A stretch of DNA of 51,326 nt from Methylibium sp. (GCA_035553715.1 DATMJX010000334.1:1-51326), one strand, 5' to 3'; numbered from the stretch's first letter, positions 26,039 through 35,168 are shown. The notes: a model not told the origin generated them from the letters alone. A program made the numbers and translations.

Positions 26039-28993
26039 TTACGCGCGTTCGACCTGGCAGACGGTCGTCTTGGTCTCTTGCATCATCGTCACGCTGTCGT
26101 AGCCGTAGGTCGTCGCGGTGTTGACCGCCTCGCCGCGCACCACCGGCTTCGCGCCGTCCGGGTAGTAGCGCGCGAGGTCCGCGCCCTGCCAGCGTCCCGA
26201 GAAGTGGAAGGGCAGCCAGACCGTCTCGCGGTCGACGCGCTCGGTGACCAGGGCCTTGACCTTCAGCCGCGCGCCGGTCGGGGTCGAGACCCAGCAGTCC
26301 TCGCCGTTGCGGATGCCGCGGTCGTTGGCCGCCGCCGGGTTGATCTCGACGAACATCTCCTGCTGCAGCTCGGCAAGGTAGGGGTTGGAGCGCGTCTCCT
26401 CGCCGCCGCCCTCGTACTCGACCAGGCGGCCCGAACTCATGATCAGCGGGAACTGCTTGCCGATGTCCTTGTTGGCCTCCTGCACCGTCTTGTAGAGCGT
26501 CGGCAGGCGCCAGAAGGCCTTCTTGTCGTCGTGTGTCGGGTATTTGGCGACGAGGTCCGGCCGCGTCGAGTACAGCGGCTCGCGGTGCTTCGGGATCGGG
26601 TCGGGGAAGTTCCAGACCACCGCGCGCGCCTTCGCGTTGCCGAAGGGGTGGCAGCCATGGACCTTCATCGCCACGCGGATGATCCCGCCCGAGGCATCGG
26701 TCTTCCAGTTCTTGCCCTCGGCCTTCTTCTTCTCGTCGTCGCTGAGTTCGTCCCACCAGCCGAGCTTCTTCAGCAGCAGGTGGTCGAACTCGGGGTAGCC
26801 GGTGGTGAGGTCGGCGCCCCTGGAGTGCGAGCCGTCCTCGGCCAGCAGGTTGACGCCGTCCTTCTCGACACCGAAGTTCGCGCGGAAGTTGCCACCGCCC
26901 TCCATCACGTGCTTGGACGTGTCGTAGAGGTTGGGCGAGCCCGGATGCTTGAGCTCCGGCGTGCCGTAGCAAGGCCAGGGCAGGCCGAAATAGTCGCCGT
27001 CCAGGCTGTAGCCGGTCTCCTTGTCGACACCGCCCTTGGCCTTGAGCGTCTTGACGTCGAAGACGTTCATGTTGCGCATGTGCGCCTTCAGGCGCTCGGG
27101 GCTCTGGCCGGTGTAGCCGATGGTCCAGACGCTGCGGTTGATCTCGCGCAGGATGTCCTCGGGCACCGGCTCGTCCAGGCCCTTGACCTGCTGCATCTTG
27201 TAGTTTTTGACCAGCTCCTTGTCGAAGCCCAGCTTCTGCGCGAGCTGGTACATGATCATGTGGTCGCTGCGGCTCTCCCACAACGGCTCGATGACCTTCT
27301 CGCGCCACTGGATCGAGCGGTTCGACGCGGTGCACGAGCCGCTGGTCTCGAACTGCGTCGTCGCCGGCAGCAGGTAGACCGCGCGGTTGGGGTTCTGGTC
27401 CTCGGGCTTGCCGGGCATCGCGGCCATCGCCGCGGTCGCGCTCGGGAAGGGGTCGATGACGACCAGCAGGTCGAGCTTGTCCATCGCCCGCTTCATGTCG
27501 AGGCCGCGGGTCTGCGAGTTCGGCGCATGGCCCCAGAAGAACAGGCCGCGCAGGTTCGAGTCCTGGTCGATCAGCTCGTTCTTCTCGAGCACGCCGTCGA
27601 CCCAGCGCGACACCGTCATGCCCGGCTTGGTCATCATGCCCGGCGCGTACTGCTTCTTGATCCACTCGAAGTCGACGCCCCAGGCCGCCGCGAAGTGCTT
27701 GAACGCGCCCTCGGCGACGCCGTAGTAGCCCGGCAGCGAATCGGGGTTCGGGCCGACGTCGGTCGCACCCTGCACGTTGTCGTGGCCGCGGAAGATGTTC
27801 GCGCCGCCGCCGGAGACGCCGATGTTGCCGAGCGCCAGCTGCAGGATGCACGAGGCGCGCACCATCGCGTTGCCGATCGTGTGCTGGGTCTGGCCCATGC
27901 ACCAGACGATCGTGCTCGGGCGGTTCTTGGCCATCGTCTCGGCCACGCGAGCGACGGTCGCCTCGGGCACGCCGCAGGCCTCCTCAACCTTGTCGGGCGT
28001 CCAGTTCGCCATCACCTCCTCGCGCACCTTGTCCATGCCGTAGACGCGCGCGGCGATGTAGTCCTTGTCCTCCCAGCCGTTCTTGAACACGTGGTAGAGC
28101 ACGCCGAACAGGAAGGGGATGTCGGAGCCCGAGCGGATGCGCACGTGCTCGTCGGCCTTCGCCGCCGTGCGCGTGAAGCGCGGGTCGACGACGATCATCT
28201 TGCAGCCGGTCTCCTTGGCATGCAGCATGTGCAGCATCGACACCGGGTGCGCCTCGGCCGCGTTCGAGCCGATGTACAACGCGCACTTGCTGTTCTGCAT
28301 GTCGTTGTACGAATTGGTCATCGCGCCGTAGCCCCAGGTGTTCGCGACGCCCGCGACCGTGGTGCTGTGGCAGATGCGCGCCTGGTGGTCGCAGTTGTTG
28401 CTGCCCCAGAAGCTCATCCACTTGCGCAGCAGGTAGGCCTGCTCGTTGTTGTGCTTCGACGAGCCGACCACGAAGACCGAGTCAGGGCCGCTCTGCTTGC
28501 GCAGCTCGAGCATCCGGGCGGCGATCTCCTCGAGCGCCGTGTCCCAGCTGATGCGCTGGTACTTGCCGTCGACGAGCTTCATCGGGTACTTCAGCCGGTA
28601 CTCGCCACGGCCATGCTCGCGCAGCGCGGCGCCCTTGGCGCAGTGCGCGCCGAGGTTGATCGGCGAGTCGAACACCGGCTCCTGGCGCACCCACACGCCG
28701 TTCTCGACCACCGCATCGACCGCGCAGCCCACCGAGCAGTGGCCGCACACGGTGCGCTTGACGGTCACGGACTTCGCCGCCCCGTCGGCCATGGCATCGG
28801 CCGCCTGTGCCTTGCGCACCAGCGTCAGCTGGCCAGCGGCGAGGCCGGCACCGACGCCGAGGCCCGAGCGGCGCAGGAAGGCACGGCGGTCCATCGTCGG
28901 GATCGCGCGCGACACCCCCCGCGACAGGCTGCTGAGCAGCGACGAGGACGGCACGCCGATCCCCCCCGCGGACGACTTGCGAGTGAGCAACAT
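26039..28993 (-). CDS. Formate dehydrogenase alpha subunit (Mo/W-bis-PGD, Cys ligand, Tat-exported)
   Basis: MDRRAFLRRS Tat motif, CGHCSVGC...HCAKG, DHQARICHSTT, RGHDNVQGATD. Confidence 0.94.
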   Translation of the reverse strand: MLLTRKSSAGGIGVPSSSLLSSLSRGVSRAIPTMDRRAFLRRSGLGVGAGLAAGQLTLVRKAQAADAMADGAAKSVTVKRTVCGHCSVGCAVDAVVENGVWVRQEPVFDSPINLGAHCAKGAALREHGRGEYRLKYPMKLVDGKYQRISWDTALEEIAARMLELRKQSGPDSVFVVGSSKHNNEQAYLLRKWMSFWGSNNCDHQARICHSTTVAGVANTWGYGAMTNSYNDMQNSKCALYIGSNAAEAHPVSMLHMLHAKETGCKMIVVDPRFTRTAAKADEHVRIRSGSDIPFLFGVLYHVFKNGWEDKDYIAARVYGMDKVREEVMANWTPDKVEEACGVPEATVARVAETMAKNRPSTIVWCMGQTQHTIGNAMVRASCILQLALGNIGVSGGGANIFRGHDNVQGATDVGPNPDSLPGYYGVAEGAFKHFAAAWGVDFEWIKKQYAPGMMTKPGMTVSRWVDGVLEKNELIDQDSNLRGLFFWGHAPNSQTRGLDMKRAMDKLDLLVVIDPFPSATAAMAAMPGKPEDQNPNRAVYLLPATTQFETSGSCTASNRSIQWREKVIEPLWESRSDHMIMYQLAQKLGFDKELVKNYKMQQVKGLDEPVPEDILREINRSVWTIGYTGQSPERLKAHMRNMNVFDVKTLKAKGGVDKETGYSLDGDYFGLPWPCYGTPELKHPGSPNLYDTSKHVMEGGGNFRANFGVEKDGVNLLAEDGSHSRGADLTTGYPEFDHLLLKKLGWWDELSDDEKKKAEGKNWKTDASGGIIRVAMKVHGCHPFGNAKARAVVWNFPDPIPKHREPLYSTRPDLVAKYPTHDDKKAFWRLPTLYKTVQEANKDIGKQFPLIMSSGRLVEYEGGGEETRSNPYLAELQQEMFVEINPAAANDRGIRNGEDCWVSTPTGARLKVKALVTERVDRETVWLPFHFSGRWQGADLARYYPDGAKPVVRGEAVNTATTYGYDSVTMMQETKTTVCQVERA

Positions 28994-29006
28994 ACGGCCT
29001 CCGGGC

Positions 29007-29216
29007 TCAGACCTTGGCGGTCCGGTAGTAGCGCTGGACGTGTTCGCTGAGGCGGTAGCCGCCGTTCGGCTCGGCCTCGGCCACGCGCTTGTCGTCGACG
29101 CCCGGTGCGCCGTCCTGCGCCACCGGCAGCACGGCGGCCGCGGCGGCCAGCGCCCCGACCGTGCCGGCCCCGGCGAAGACGTGCCGGCGCGAGAGCTTGG
29201 ATTGCGGTTCCTTCAT
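29007..29216 (-). CDS. Small Tat-signal protein preceding FDH alpha
   Basis: LSRRHVF Tat motif and C-terminal GYRLSEHVQRYYRTA. GAGGAG Shine-Dalgarno. Confidence 0.82.
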   Translation of the reverse strand: MKEPQSKLSRRHVFAGAGTVGALAAAAAVLPVAQDGAPGVDDKRVAEAEPNGGYRLSEHVQRYYRTAKV

Positions 29217-29387
29217 CGCGGACTCCTCAGGGCGGTGGCGCCAGACATAGGCAACCCCGTCCCTATCGTAGTCCTACCCTCCAGCCCCACCAAGACCCGG
29301 GGGCACTCCACGTGCCCCCGGCGAGCGCCGGTCATGGCCCGCCCTCGCGGGCGCTCGCATCAGCTTGTGGGCATCACCTCCCGGGTG

Positions 29388-29422
29388 CGACACGGTGTCG
29401 GTCGCGTCACGACACGATGTCG
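29388..29422. promoter_or_regulatory. Tandem palindromic operator-like boxes upstream of the fdh operon
   Basis: CGACA-CGG-TGTCG (29388-29400) and CGACA-CGA-TGTCG (29410-29422), 22 bp apart. Confidence 0.5.
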
Positions 29423-29454
29423 CGCCGCGTCCGCCGACTGCCGACCGACCCAGG

Positions 29455-29483
29455 GAAAACACGGAGCGGCGGCGAGGCCGCTC
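29455..29483 (-). terminator. Probable intrinsic terminator after the transglutaminase-like gene
   Basis: Minus strand GAGCGGC-CTCGCC-GCCGCTC followed by CGTGTTTT. Confidence 0.5.
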
Positions 29484-30597
29484 AGGCCGCGAGCTCGCGC
29501 GCGCTGATCGCGTAGCGGAAGCTGTCCGGTGCGAGCGAGTCCAGCAGGCCGCTGGCGTTCTCGCCCTGCGGGTACATCAGGAAGGGCAGCGTGCCCTTGC
29601 CGCTGCCCCCGGGCAGGCGCACGTCGTGGGCGGCGTTGTAGGCCACCCAGTTGCCCTCCCAGCTGCCGAACAGGCCGCGGTTGACCGGTGCGACCAGCGG
29701 GTGCGCCGGGTCGCGGATCCACTCGGGCGTCTCCTGGCGCATGACCTTGAGCACGTCGGCCGGGTCCATCGCGACCCAGCCGTAATCGCGCAGGAAGACC
29801 TCGGCGCGGCAATGCTGCGCGCCCTTCAGGCTGGCCGGGTTGGCGCCGAGCTCGCGGTAGCCGAAGGCCGAGGGCGCAAGCCGCAGGCCGTAGACGTCAC
29901 GCGCCGGGATGCCGAGCGAGCGGCACAGGCCGACGAAGACCGCGTTCAGGTCGGCGCACTTGCCGCCGAGGTTGCCGGTCTCGAGCATGGTGCGGATGTC
30001 GCCGGTGCCGCAGCCGCGCACCTTGGGCTCGCGGTGCGCGTTCGCGACCACCCAGGCGTAGAGCGCCCGCACCTTCTCGAGCTCGCCGCGTGCGCCGCGG
30101 GTCGCGGCCAGCGCGGTCTCGCGCACGATGCCGTCGGTGGGCATCAGCTCGGTCGGCGCAATGGCGGCGCGCAGCACCGCCGGATCCTCGCGGTGGCGCC
30201 CCGGCTGCTCCCAGTCGACCGCGCGGCTGCGCGTCTGCACCCGGGTCACGCACTGCAGCGTCGGCACGCCGACTGCGGCCGGGAACTCGGCGTAGAGCAT
30301 GCGCACCCCGCGCTCGGCGTCGGCGACCAGGCGAACCGCGCTGGCGTTGCCTGACCAGTCATGCCCGAGCGTGCGCTGGTAGTCGGTGTCGAGGTCGGGC
30401 ACCGGCAGCCACAGGCGCGTCGTGCCCTGGTGGTCGGCGATCGTCACGGTGGTCGTCAGCTCGAAGCCGCGCCAGGGCCCGGGCCGCGGCTCGAAGCGGC
30501 GCTCCGGCACGGCGGCCTGCAGCGGTGACAGCGCCGCCGCGGCGAGTACGGCAGCGCCTTGCAGCAGCGAGCGGCGTGAAGGGGCATCGAAGGACAT
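29482..30597 (-). CDS. Tat-exported transglutaminase-like (Cys-His-Asp) protein
   Basis: SRRSLL Tat signal. GGKCADLN...GIPARDVYG, QHCRAE and DPAD triad motifs. Confidence 0.85.
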   Translation of the reverse strand: MSFDAPSRRSLLQGAAVLAAAALSPLQAAVPERRFEPRPGPWRGFELTTTVTIADHQGTTRLWLPVPDLDTDYQRTLGHDWSGNASAVRLVADAERGVRMLYAEFPAAVGVPTLQCVTRVQTRSRAVDWEQPGRHREDPAVLRAAIAPTELMPTDGIVRETALAATRGARGELEKVRALYAWVVANAHREPKVRGCGTGDIRTMLETGNLGGKCADLNAVFVGLCRSLGIPARDVYGLRLAPSAFGYRELGANPASLKGAQHCRAEVFLRDYGWVAMDPADVLKVMRQETPEWIRDPAHPLVAPVNRGLFGSWEGNWVAYNAAHDVRLPGGSGKGTLPFLMYPQGENASGLLDSLAPDSFRYAISARELAA

Positions 30598-30647
30598 CGG
30601 GGTCTCCAGAAATAAAAGGGGGATCGCGGGGGTGGACGGCGCGGCGT

Positions 30648-31199
30648 TCAGCCGCGCTGCAGCAGCGGCGCCAGCCAGGTCGCGGCCTCGGCGCCGCCCC
30701 AGTCGAGCTCGCCGAGCACCGTGAAGGCCGCGCGGCCATCGCGCCCGACCACGACGGTGGTCGGGAACACCCGCACGCCCCAGGCCTGGGCGGCGGCGCC
30801 GTCGGCATCCCGCACCACCTGCGTCAGCGTCAGGGGCATGAAATCCATGAAACGCCGGATCGCCGCGTCGGTCTCGCGGTGGTTGACCGCGACGACCCGC
30901 AGGCCGTCGGCGGCATGGCGCTGTGCCAGCAGCTCGAGCGAGGGCATCTCGTCGCGGCAGGGCTCGCACCAGCCGGCCCAGAAGTTCAGCAGCACGACGC
31001 CGCCGCGCACCGCACCCAGCTCGAAGGCGGGCCCGTCATAGCCGGGCAGCGCCAGCGACGGCGTGGCACGTCCGGCGGGCCAGGGCCGACGCAGCGCGCG
31101 GGCCTGGACGGCGCGCGGCAGCGCGAGGGGCAGCAGCGGCAGCGCGGCCAGCAGGCGGCGCCGGCGTGCGGAGGGGGTCACAACAGTGCGGTGGGACAT
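30648..31199 (-). CDS. TlpA-family thioredoxin-like disulfide reductase
   Basis: LNFWAGWCEPCRDEMPSL and VRVFPTT. RRRRLL Tat-like leader. Confidence 0.88.
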   Translation of the reverse strand: MSHRTVVTPSARRRRLLAALPLLPLALPRAVQARALRRPWPAGRATPSLALPGYDGPAFELGAVRGGVVLLNFWAGWCEPCRDEMPSLELLAQRHAADGLRVVAVNHRETDAAIRRFMDFMPLTLTQVVRDADGAAAQAWGVRVFPTTVVVGRDGRAAFTVLGELDWGGAEAATWLAPLLQRG

Positions 31200-31561
31200 G
31201 GCGAAAGGCGGGATTTTGCGCTCCCGCGGCCCACGGTGGCCGGCTGTGCGGCCGTCGGCGCCGATGTCGGGCGCCGCCGCGCGCCAGCAGGCTGCCGGCC
31301 GACGGTGGAGAAGGCCTGCGCCGCTCCCTGCCGAGGACACTCACCCCCGCGTCGGCGACGTGAGGCGCGCGGCCCGCGCCGCGGAGGCCGACGCGCGGCG
31401 CGCCGGCGCCGCTTCGACCTGCCGATCTCGACGTCGCACGGCCCGGCCCGGCCCGAGCCGCCTCGCCGGGCTGCGCGAGCAGGGCCACAGCGGCGAGGGG
31501 GTGCCACCACCGCCCACGCCGGCCTCGACCCCGCGATCAAGGCGCCGGCCGGGGCGCCGCG

Positions 31562-32165
31562 CTACTCGATCAGGTCGAAGCCCTGGGCCTCGACCTGGGC
31601 GAAGGCGCGCAGGAAGCCCGCCACCGCCGCGTAGAAGTCGGCGCGCGGATGGCCCTCGATCTCCCCGGCCAGGCCCTCGACCCAGGGCTGCAGGTGCACG
31701 CGGAAGAAGCGCCGTTGCTGCGTCAGGTTGCAGATCGAGGCGTCATCGCCGGCGATCAGGAAGCGCATCACCTCGCAGAGGCTGGCCAGGTGGTCCTCGG
31801 TCTCGATCACGCCCTCGGCGCGCTCCAGCCCGAGCCCCTGCAGGTCGCGGCGCAGCTCGACCAGCGGCTTGTCGTTGACCGCGCCGGCCAGGTGGTAGGA
31901 GCCGTAGAGGAAGATCTCCGGCTTGCCCAGGCCCTGGAACAGCGCGTCGTACTCGTCGACCACCTGCTGGCGCGTCAGCCGGCGGCTTCCTGGAGGAGCC
32001 CTGGCGCGGGCTGGTCGGCGCCTCGGTCGGTGCGACGCGCAGCTGCTCGTACAGCGCCTCGCCCGGCGCCGCGACGAACAGGTGCGCCAGCACGCCGTAG
32101 ACCTCGGCGCGGGCGAGTTCGTCGCCGTCGTCGCTCGCCGCGAAAGACATGGACTGCGGTGTCAT
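31562..32165 (-). pseudogene. TorD/DmsD-family molybdoenzyme chaperone, frameshifted by an internal inversion (real or assembly artefact)
   Basis: The N-part (ELARAEVYGVLAHLF...LRVAPTEAP) and the C-part (EYDALF.G...YGSYHL, ETEDHL, QRRFF..HL.PW) are in different frames. The linking peptide GGFLEEPWRGLV is encoded on the opposite strand at 31981-32016. Confidence 0.85.
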
Positions 32166-32318
32166 GGGCAACTCACGGTGGCGACGAACCGATCTGCCCA
32201 GCCGCCGCCACGGCCCGGCGCCGCCGGGCCGTCAGCGCGCCTCGCAGGCCACGGCGAGCCGGCCGCTCGCCCCATTGCCGGGCACGCAAGGTCCCCTGGA
32301 TCTTTCGCGTCCGGGACG

Positions 32319-32356
32319 CGGCCCCCTGGCAGGGGAGCGGCAAAGCCGCAACGGGG
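32319..32356. repeat. Palindromic intergenic repeat, copy A
   Basis: CGGCCCCCTGGCAGGGGAGCGGCAAAGCCGCAACGGGG is 35/38 identical to 35730-35767. Confidence 0.8.
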
Positions 32357-32364
32357 ATCGGTCA

Positions 32365-34557
32365 TCACAGATCGGTGATCCTCACTTCGTCGGGGTTGGT
32401 GTGGAGGTCGATCACGCGGCAGTCGGCGCACATCTTCAGGCGCTCCAGCGCCGCCCCCTGGAACATCGAATGGCCCGCCAACTTGCTCAGCATGCCCTCG
32501 ATCGCCTTGACGGTGCCGAAGGGCTTGCCGCACTTGATGCACTGCCAGGGCGGTACCTCGTGCAGCACGCGCGGCTGCTTGCGCGCCTTGCCGGCATCCT
32601 GCAGCCACAGGCGCGGCTCGAGCGCCAGCGCGCCCTCGGGGCAGGTGAGGACGCACAGGCCGCACTGCACGCAGTTCTTCTCGGTGAACCTGAGCTGCGG
32701 ACGCTCGGGGTTGTCGCCGAGCGCGCTCGCGGGGCAGGCGCCGACGCAGCTCAGGCACAGCGTGCACTTGGCCGTGTCGATCGCGAGGCTGCCGAAGGGC
32801 GCGGCCGACCCGCGCAGCGGGTTCGTCACGTTCGGCAGCGTGATCACCTCGGCGGCGCGCGGCGCCTGCGCGAGCAGGTGTTCGACCGCCAGCTCGAGCG
32901 TCGCACGCTTGTCGGCCTGGACCGCGAACGCCGCCGGCTGCGCCACGCCCTGCGCCGGCTCGGCCCGCAGCGCGGCATCGAGCGCCGCCGCGTCGCGCGC
33001 CTCGATCAGCCGCAGGTGGGTGCCGCCATAGCCCAGGCCTGCCAGGATCGCCTGGCCGACGGCCATCTGCGCCGCCACAGCGGCGCGGTATTCCGGCGCC
33101 TCCTCGCCGGTCATCAGCACCCAGACCTGCGACGCGCCGTGGGCGATCGCGGCCAGCCACAGGTCGAGCCCCACCGAGGCGGTGTGCCACAGGTCGACCG
33201 GCATCACGCGCGCCGGCAGCCCGCGCAGCGCCGGCGCGCCGGACGCGCGCGGTGCGAGGCCCGGAACCGCCTTGCCGCCCGTGCGCGCGGCGCGGCCGAG
33301 CGCGTCGATCAGCTGGCTGCCTTCGCCCTGGCTGTGCAGCAGCAAGGCGGCGTCGAGCCCGCCGGCCGCGCGGTGGGTCTGCAGCAGCGTGCGCAAGCGC
33401 CTGCCCTGGTGCGCCGGGCCGGGAGTGGCGTAGCCCAACGCGCCGCTCGGGCAGACCGTGGTGCAGGCGCCGCAGCCGACGCAGAGGTTCGGGTTGACCG
33501 CGATGCCGCCCTTCTCCGGGCCGTCCTCGGTCGCCAGGCTGCGGACCGCGTGCGCCGAGCAGACGTCGATGCAGGCGGTGCAGCCCTCGCGCTCGTTGCG
33601 GCTGTGCGCGCAGAGCTTGGGCCGGTACTGGAAGAACTTGGGCTTCTCGAACTCGCCGACCAGCTCGCGCAGCTTCAGCACCGCCTCGATCAGCGCCGCG
33701 TCGTCACGCGCGTGGAAATAGCCCTGCGGCGGCTGGTGCCAGGCGATCAGCGGCGCGTCCGAGAGGTCGAGCACCAGGTCGACGCGCTCGCTCGTGGCAA
33801 GCGGCGCGCGCTGGAAGTCGATCGCACCGGCGGCGTCGCAGACGCGCACGCAGTCGCGGTGGCCCTTGCAGCGCGTGAGATCGACCTGGTAGCTGAAGTC
33901 GATCGCGCCCTCGGGGCAGGCCGCGACGCAGGCGTTGCAGCGGGTGCACAGGTCGAGGTCGATCGGGTTGGCGCTCTCCCAGGTCACGTCGAAGGCGCCG
34001 AGCCAGCCTTCGATCCGCGTCACCCGTCCGGCCGACACCTGCAGCTCGCGCGCCTGCGCCAGCGTGCCGCCGGGCCGCGTGAGCAGCAGCACGACGTCGA
34101 GCTGGTCGGCGAGCATCGTCGCGGCGCGCTGCGCCACGTCGGCCGCGCCGATCACGAGGCAGCGGCCGGCCGAGCGGTAGGTGACGGTGGGCACCGGGTC
34201 GGCGTCGGGCAGCTGCGCCGCAGCGATCAGCGCGGCGAGCTTGGGCATGGCGGCGCCGGCCTCGGCGCCCCAGCCGGCGGTCTCGCGCAGGTTGACGAAG
34301 CGGATCGGCCGCTCCTGCACGCCGGGGGCGCCTTCGGTCGCCTCGTTGAGCTCGAGAAAGAGCCTTCGCTCCTGGGTACAGGCCACCAGCAGCGCGTCGC
34401 CGGCCTTGGCGGCGCGCTGGAAGGCGCCCGCCTCGCGCCGGCACAGCAGGCTGTGGACGGTGGCGAGTCCGTCAGACCCCGCCGGTCCCAGCGCCTTCTG
34501 CAGCGCCGGGCCGTCGATCGGCATCGTCTGGTTGCAGTTGCAGATCAGCGTCTTCAT
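32365..34557 (-). CDS. Multi-[4Fe-4S] (polyferredoxin) protein of fdh clusters
   Basis: N-terminal CNCN, LC, VACTQE and VNLRE (HdrA-like) motifs plus several CxxCxxCxxxCP motifs. C-terminal CIKC...CADC. Confidence 0.88.
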   Translation of the reverse strand: MKTLICNCNQTMPIDGPALQKALGPAGSDGLATVHSLLCRREAGAFQRAAKAGDALLVACTQERRLFLELNEATEGAPGVQERPIRFVNLRETAGWGAEAGAAMPKLAALIAAAQLPDADPVPTVTYRSAGRCLVIGAADVAQRAATMLADQLDVVLLLTRPGGTLAQARELQVSAGRVTRIEGWLGAFDVTWESANPIDLDLCTRCNACVAACPEGAIDFSYQVDLTRCKGHRDCVRVCDAAGAIDFQRAPLATSERVDLVLDLSDAPLIAWHQPPQGYFHARDDAALIEAVLKLRELVGEFEKPKFFQYRPKLCAHSRNEREGCTACIDVCSAHAVRSLATEDGPEKGGIAVNPNLCVGCGACTTVCPSGALGYATPGPAHQGRRLRTLLQTHRAAGGLDAALLLHSQGEGSQLIDALGRAARTGGKAVPGLAPRASGAPALRGLPARVMPVDLWHTASVGLDLWLAAIAHGASQVWVLMTGEEAPEYRAAVAAQMAVGQAILAGLGYGGTHLRLIEARDAAALDAALRAEPAQGVAQPAAFAVQADKRATLELAVEHLLAQAPRAAEVITLPNVTNPLRGSAAPFGSLAIDTAKCTLCLSCVGACPASALGDNPERPQLRFTEKNCVQCGLCVLTCPEGALALEPRLWLQDAGKARKQPRVLHEVPPWQCIKCGKPFGTVKAIEGMLSKLAGHSMFQGAALERLKMCADCRVIDLHTNPDEVRITDL

Positions 34558-35083
34558 CGTCGGTCTCGAACAGGGCCTCGGCCGCGGGGGCGGCCGCCGG
34601 TTCCGCGTCCTGGGCTGGGATGGTGCCGGCAGCGGGAGCAGCCGGGACCTGGGGCTTGTCCCCGTCGGCGTCCTCGTCGGCGAACAGGCCGAGCGCGCGC
34701 GACTGGTTCAGCTGGCGCAGCATCGCGGCCGGGATGGGGTCGGGCCGGCCGTAGTCGTCGATGTAGATGTCGAGCCCGTCCATCACGTTGAAGTGCGGGT
34801 CGGCGAAGAGCTTCTTCACCGCCGCGCGCTTGACCGCCTCGTCGACGCCGCGTGCCACGAAGCGCGACACCTCGTCGCCGGGCGCGAGGGTGGCGACGTC
34901 GTCGAGCGTCGGCGCGGGCACGGCCGGCGCCGGCGCCGGCGGCGCGACGACGGCCGGCGCGCTGGTCTCCGGCGTCTCCGGCGTCACTGGCGGCACCGGC
35001 GCCTCGGGGGACACCGCCGCACCGCGCTGCACATCGGCCTTGCGCCGTGCCCAGCGCGAGAAGAAGCCGTCGCCCTCGCTCAT
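34472..35083 (-). CDS. DUF3306-like protein
   Basis: FFSRWARRK, KRAAVKKLFADPHFNVMDGLDIYIDDY. The 3' end overlaps the next gene by 86 nt. Confidence 0.85.
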   Translation of the reverse strand: MSEGDGFFSRWARRKADVQRGAAVSPEAPVPPVTPETPETSAPAVVAPPAPAPAVPAPTLDDVATLAPGDEVSRFVARGVDEAVKRAAVKKLFADPHFNVMDGLDIYIDDYGRPDPIPAAMLRQLNQSRALGLFADEDADGDKPQVPAAPAAGTIPAQDAEPAAAPAAEALFETDDEDADLQLQPDDADRRPGAAEGAGTGGV

Positions 35084-35168
35084 GCCCGCTCCCCGGTCGG
35101 CGGAGACGCCGACCGCCCCCCCGGGGAGGGGCAGGCCGGCTGCGGGGCGGCCCGACGCCCGGCCTGCC
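35084..35168. repeat. Multi-hairpin palindromic intergenic element, probably related to copies A and B
   Basis: Nested hairpins (GGTCGGCG-GAGA-CGCCGACC; CCCC-CCG-GGGA) filling the junction between two otherwise coupled genes. Confidence 0.5.

Noticed and set aside
28360-28390. Possible selenocysteine codon/SECIS in FDH alpha
   Set aside because: The metal-ligand codon is TGC (Cys) in ARICHS, and the ORF is uninterrupted.
29217-29481. Possible Moco/Wco riboswitch ahead of fdh
   Set aside because: Hairpins are present, but I could not recognise the conserved Moco RNA motif elements. An Rfam search would settle it.
31200-31561. 360-nt GC-rich spacer that might hide an sRNA or small gene
   Set aside because: The ORFs are low-complexity Arg/Ala/Pro frames, and no recognisable RNA family, promoter or terminator could be supported.
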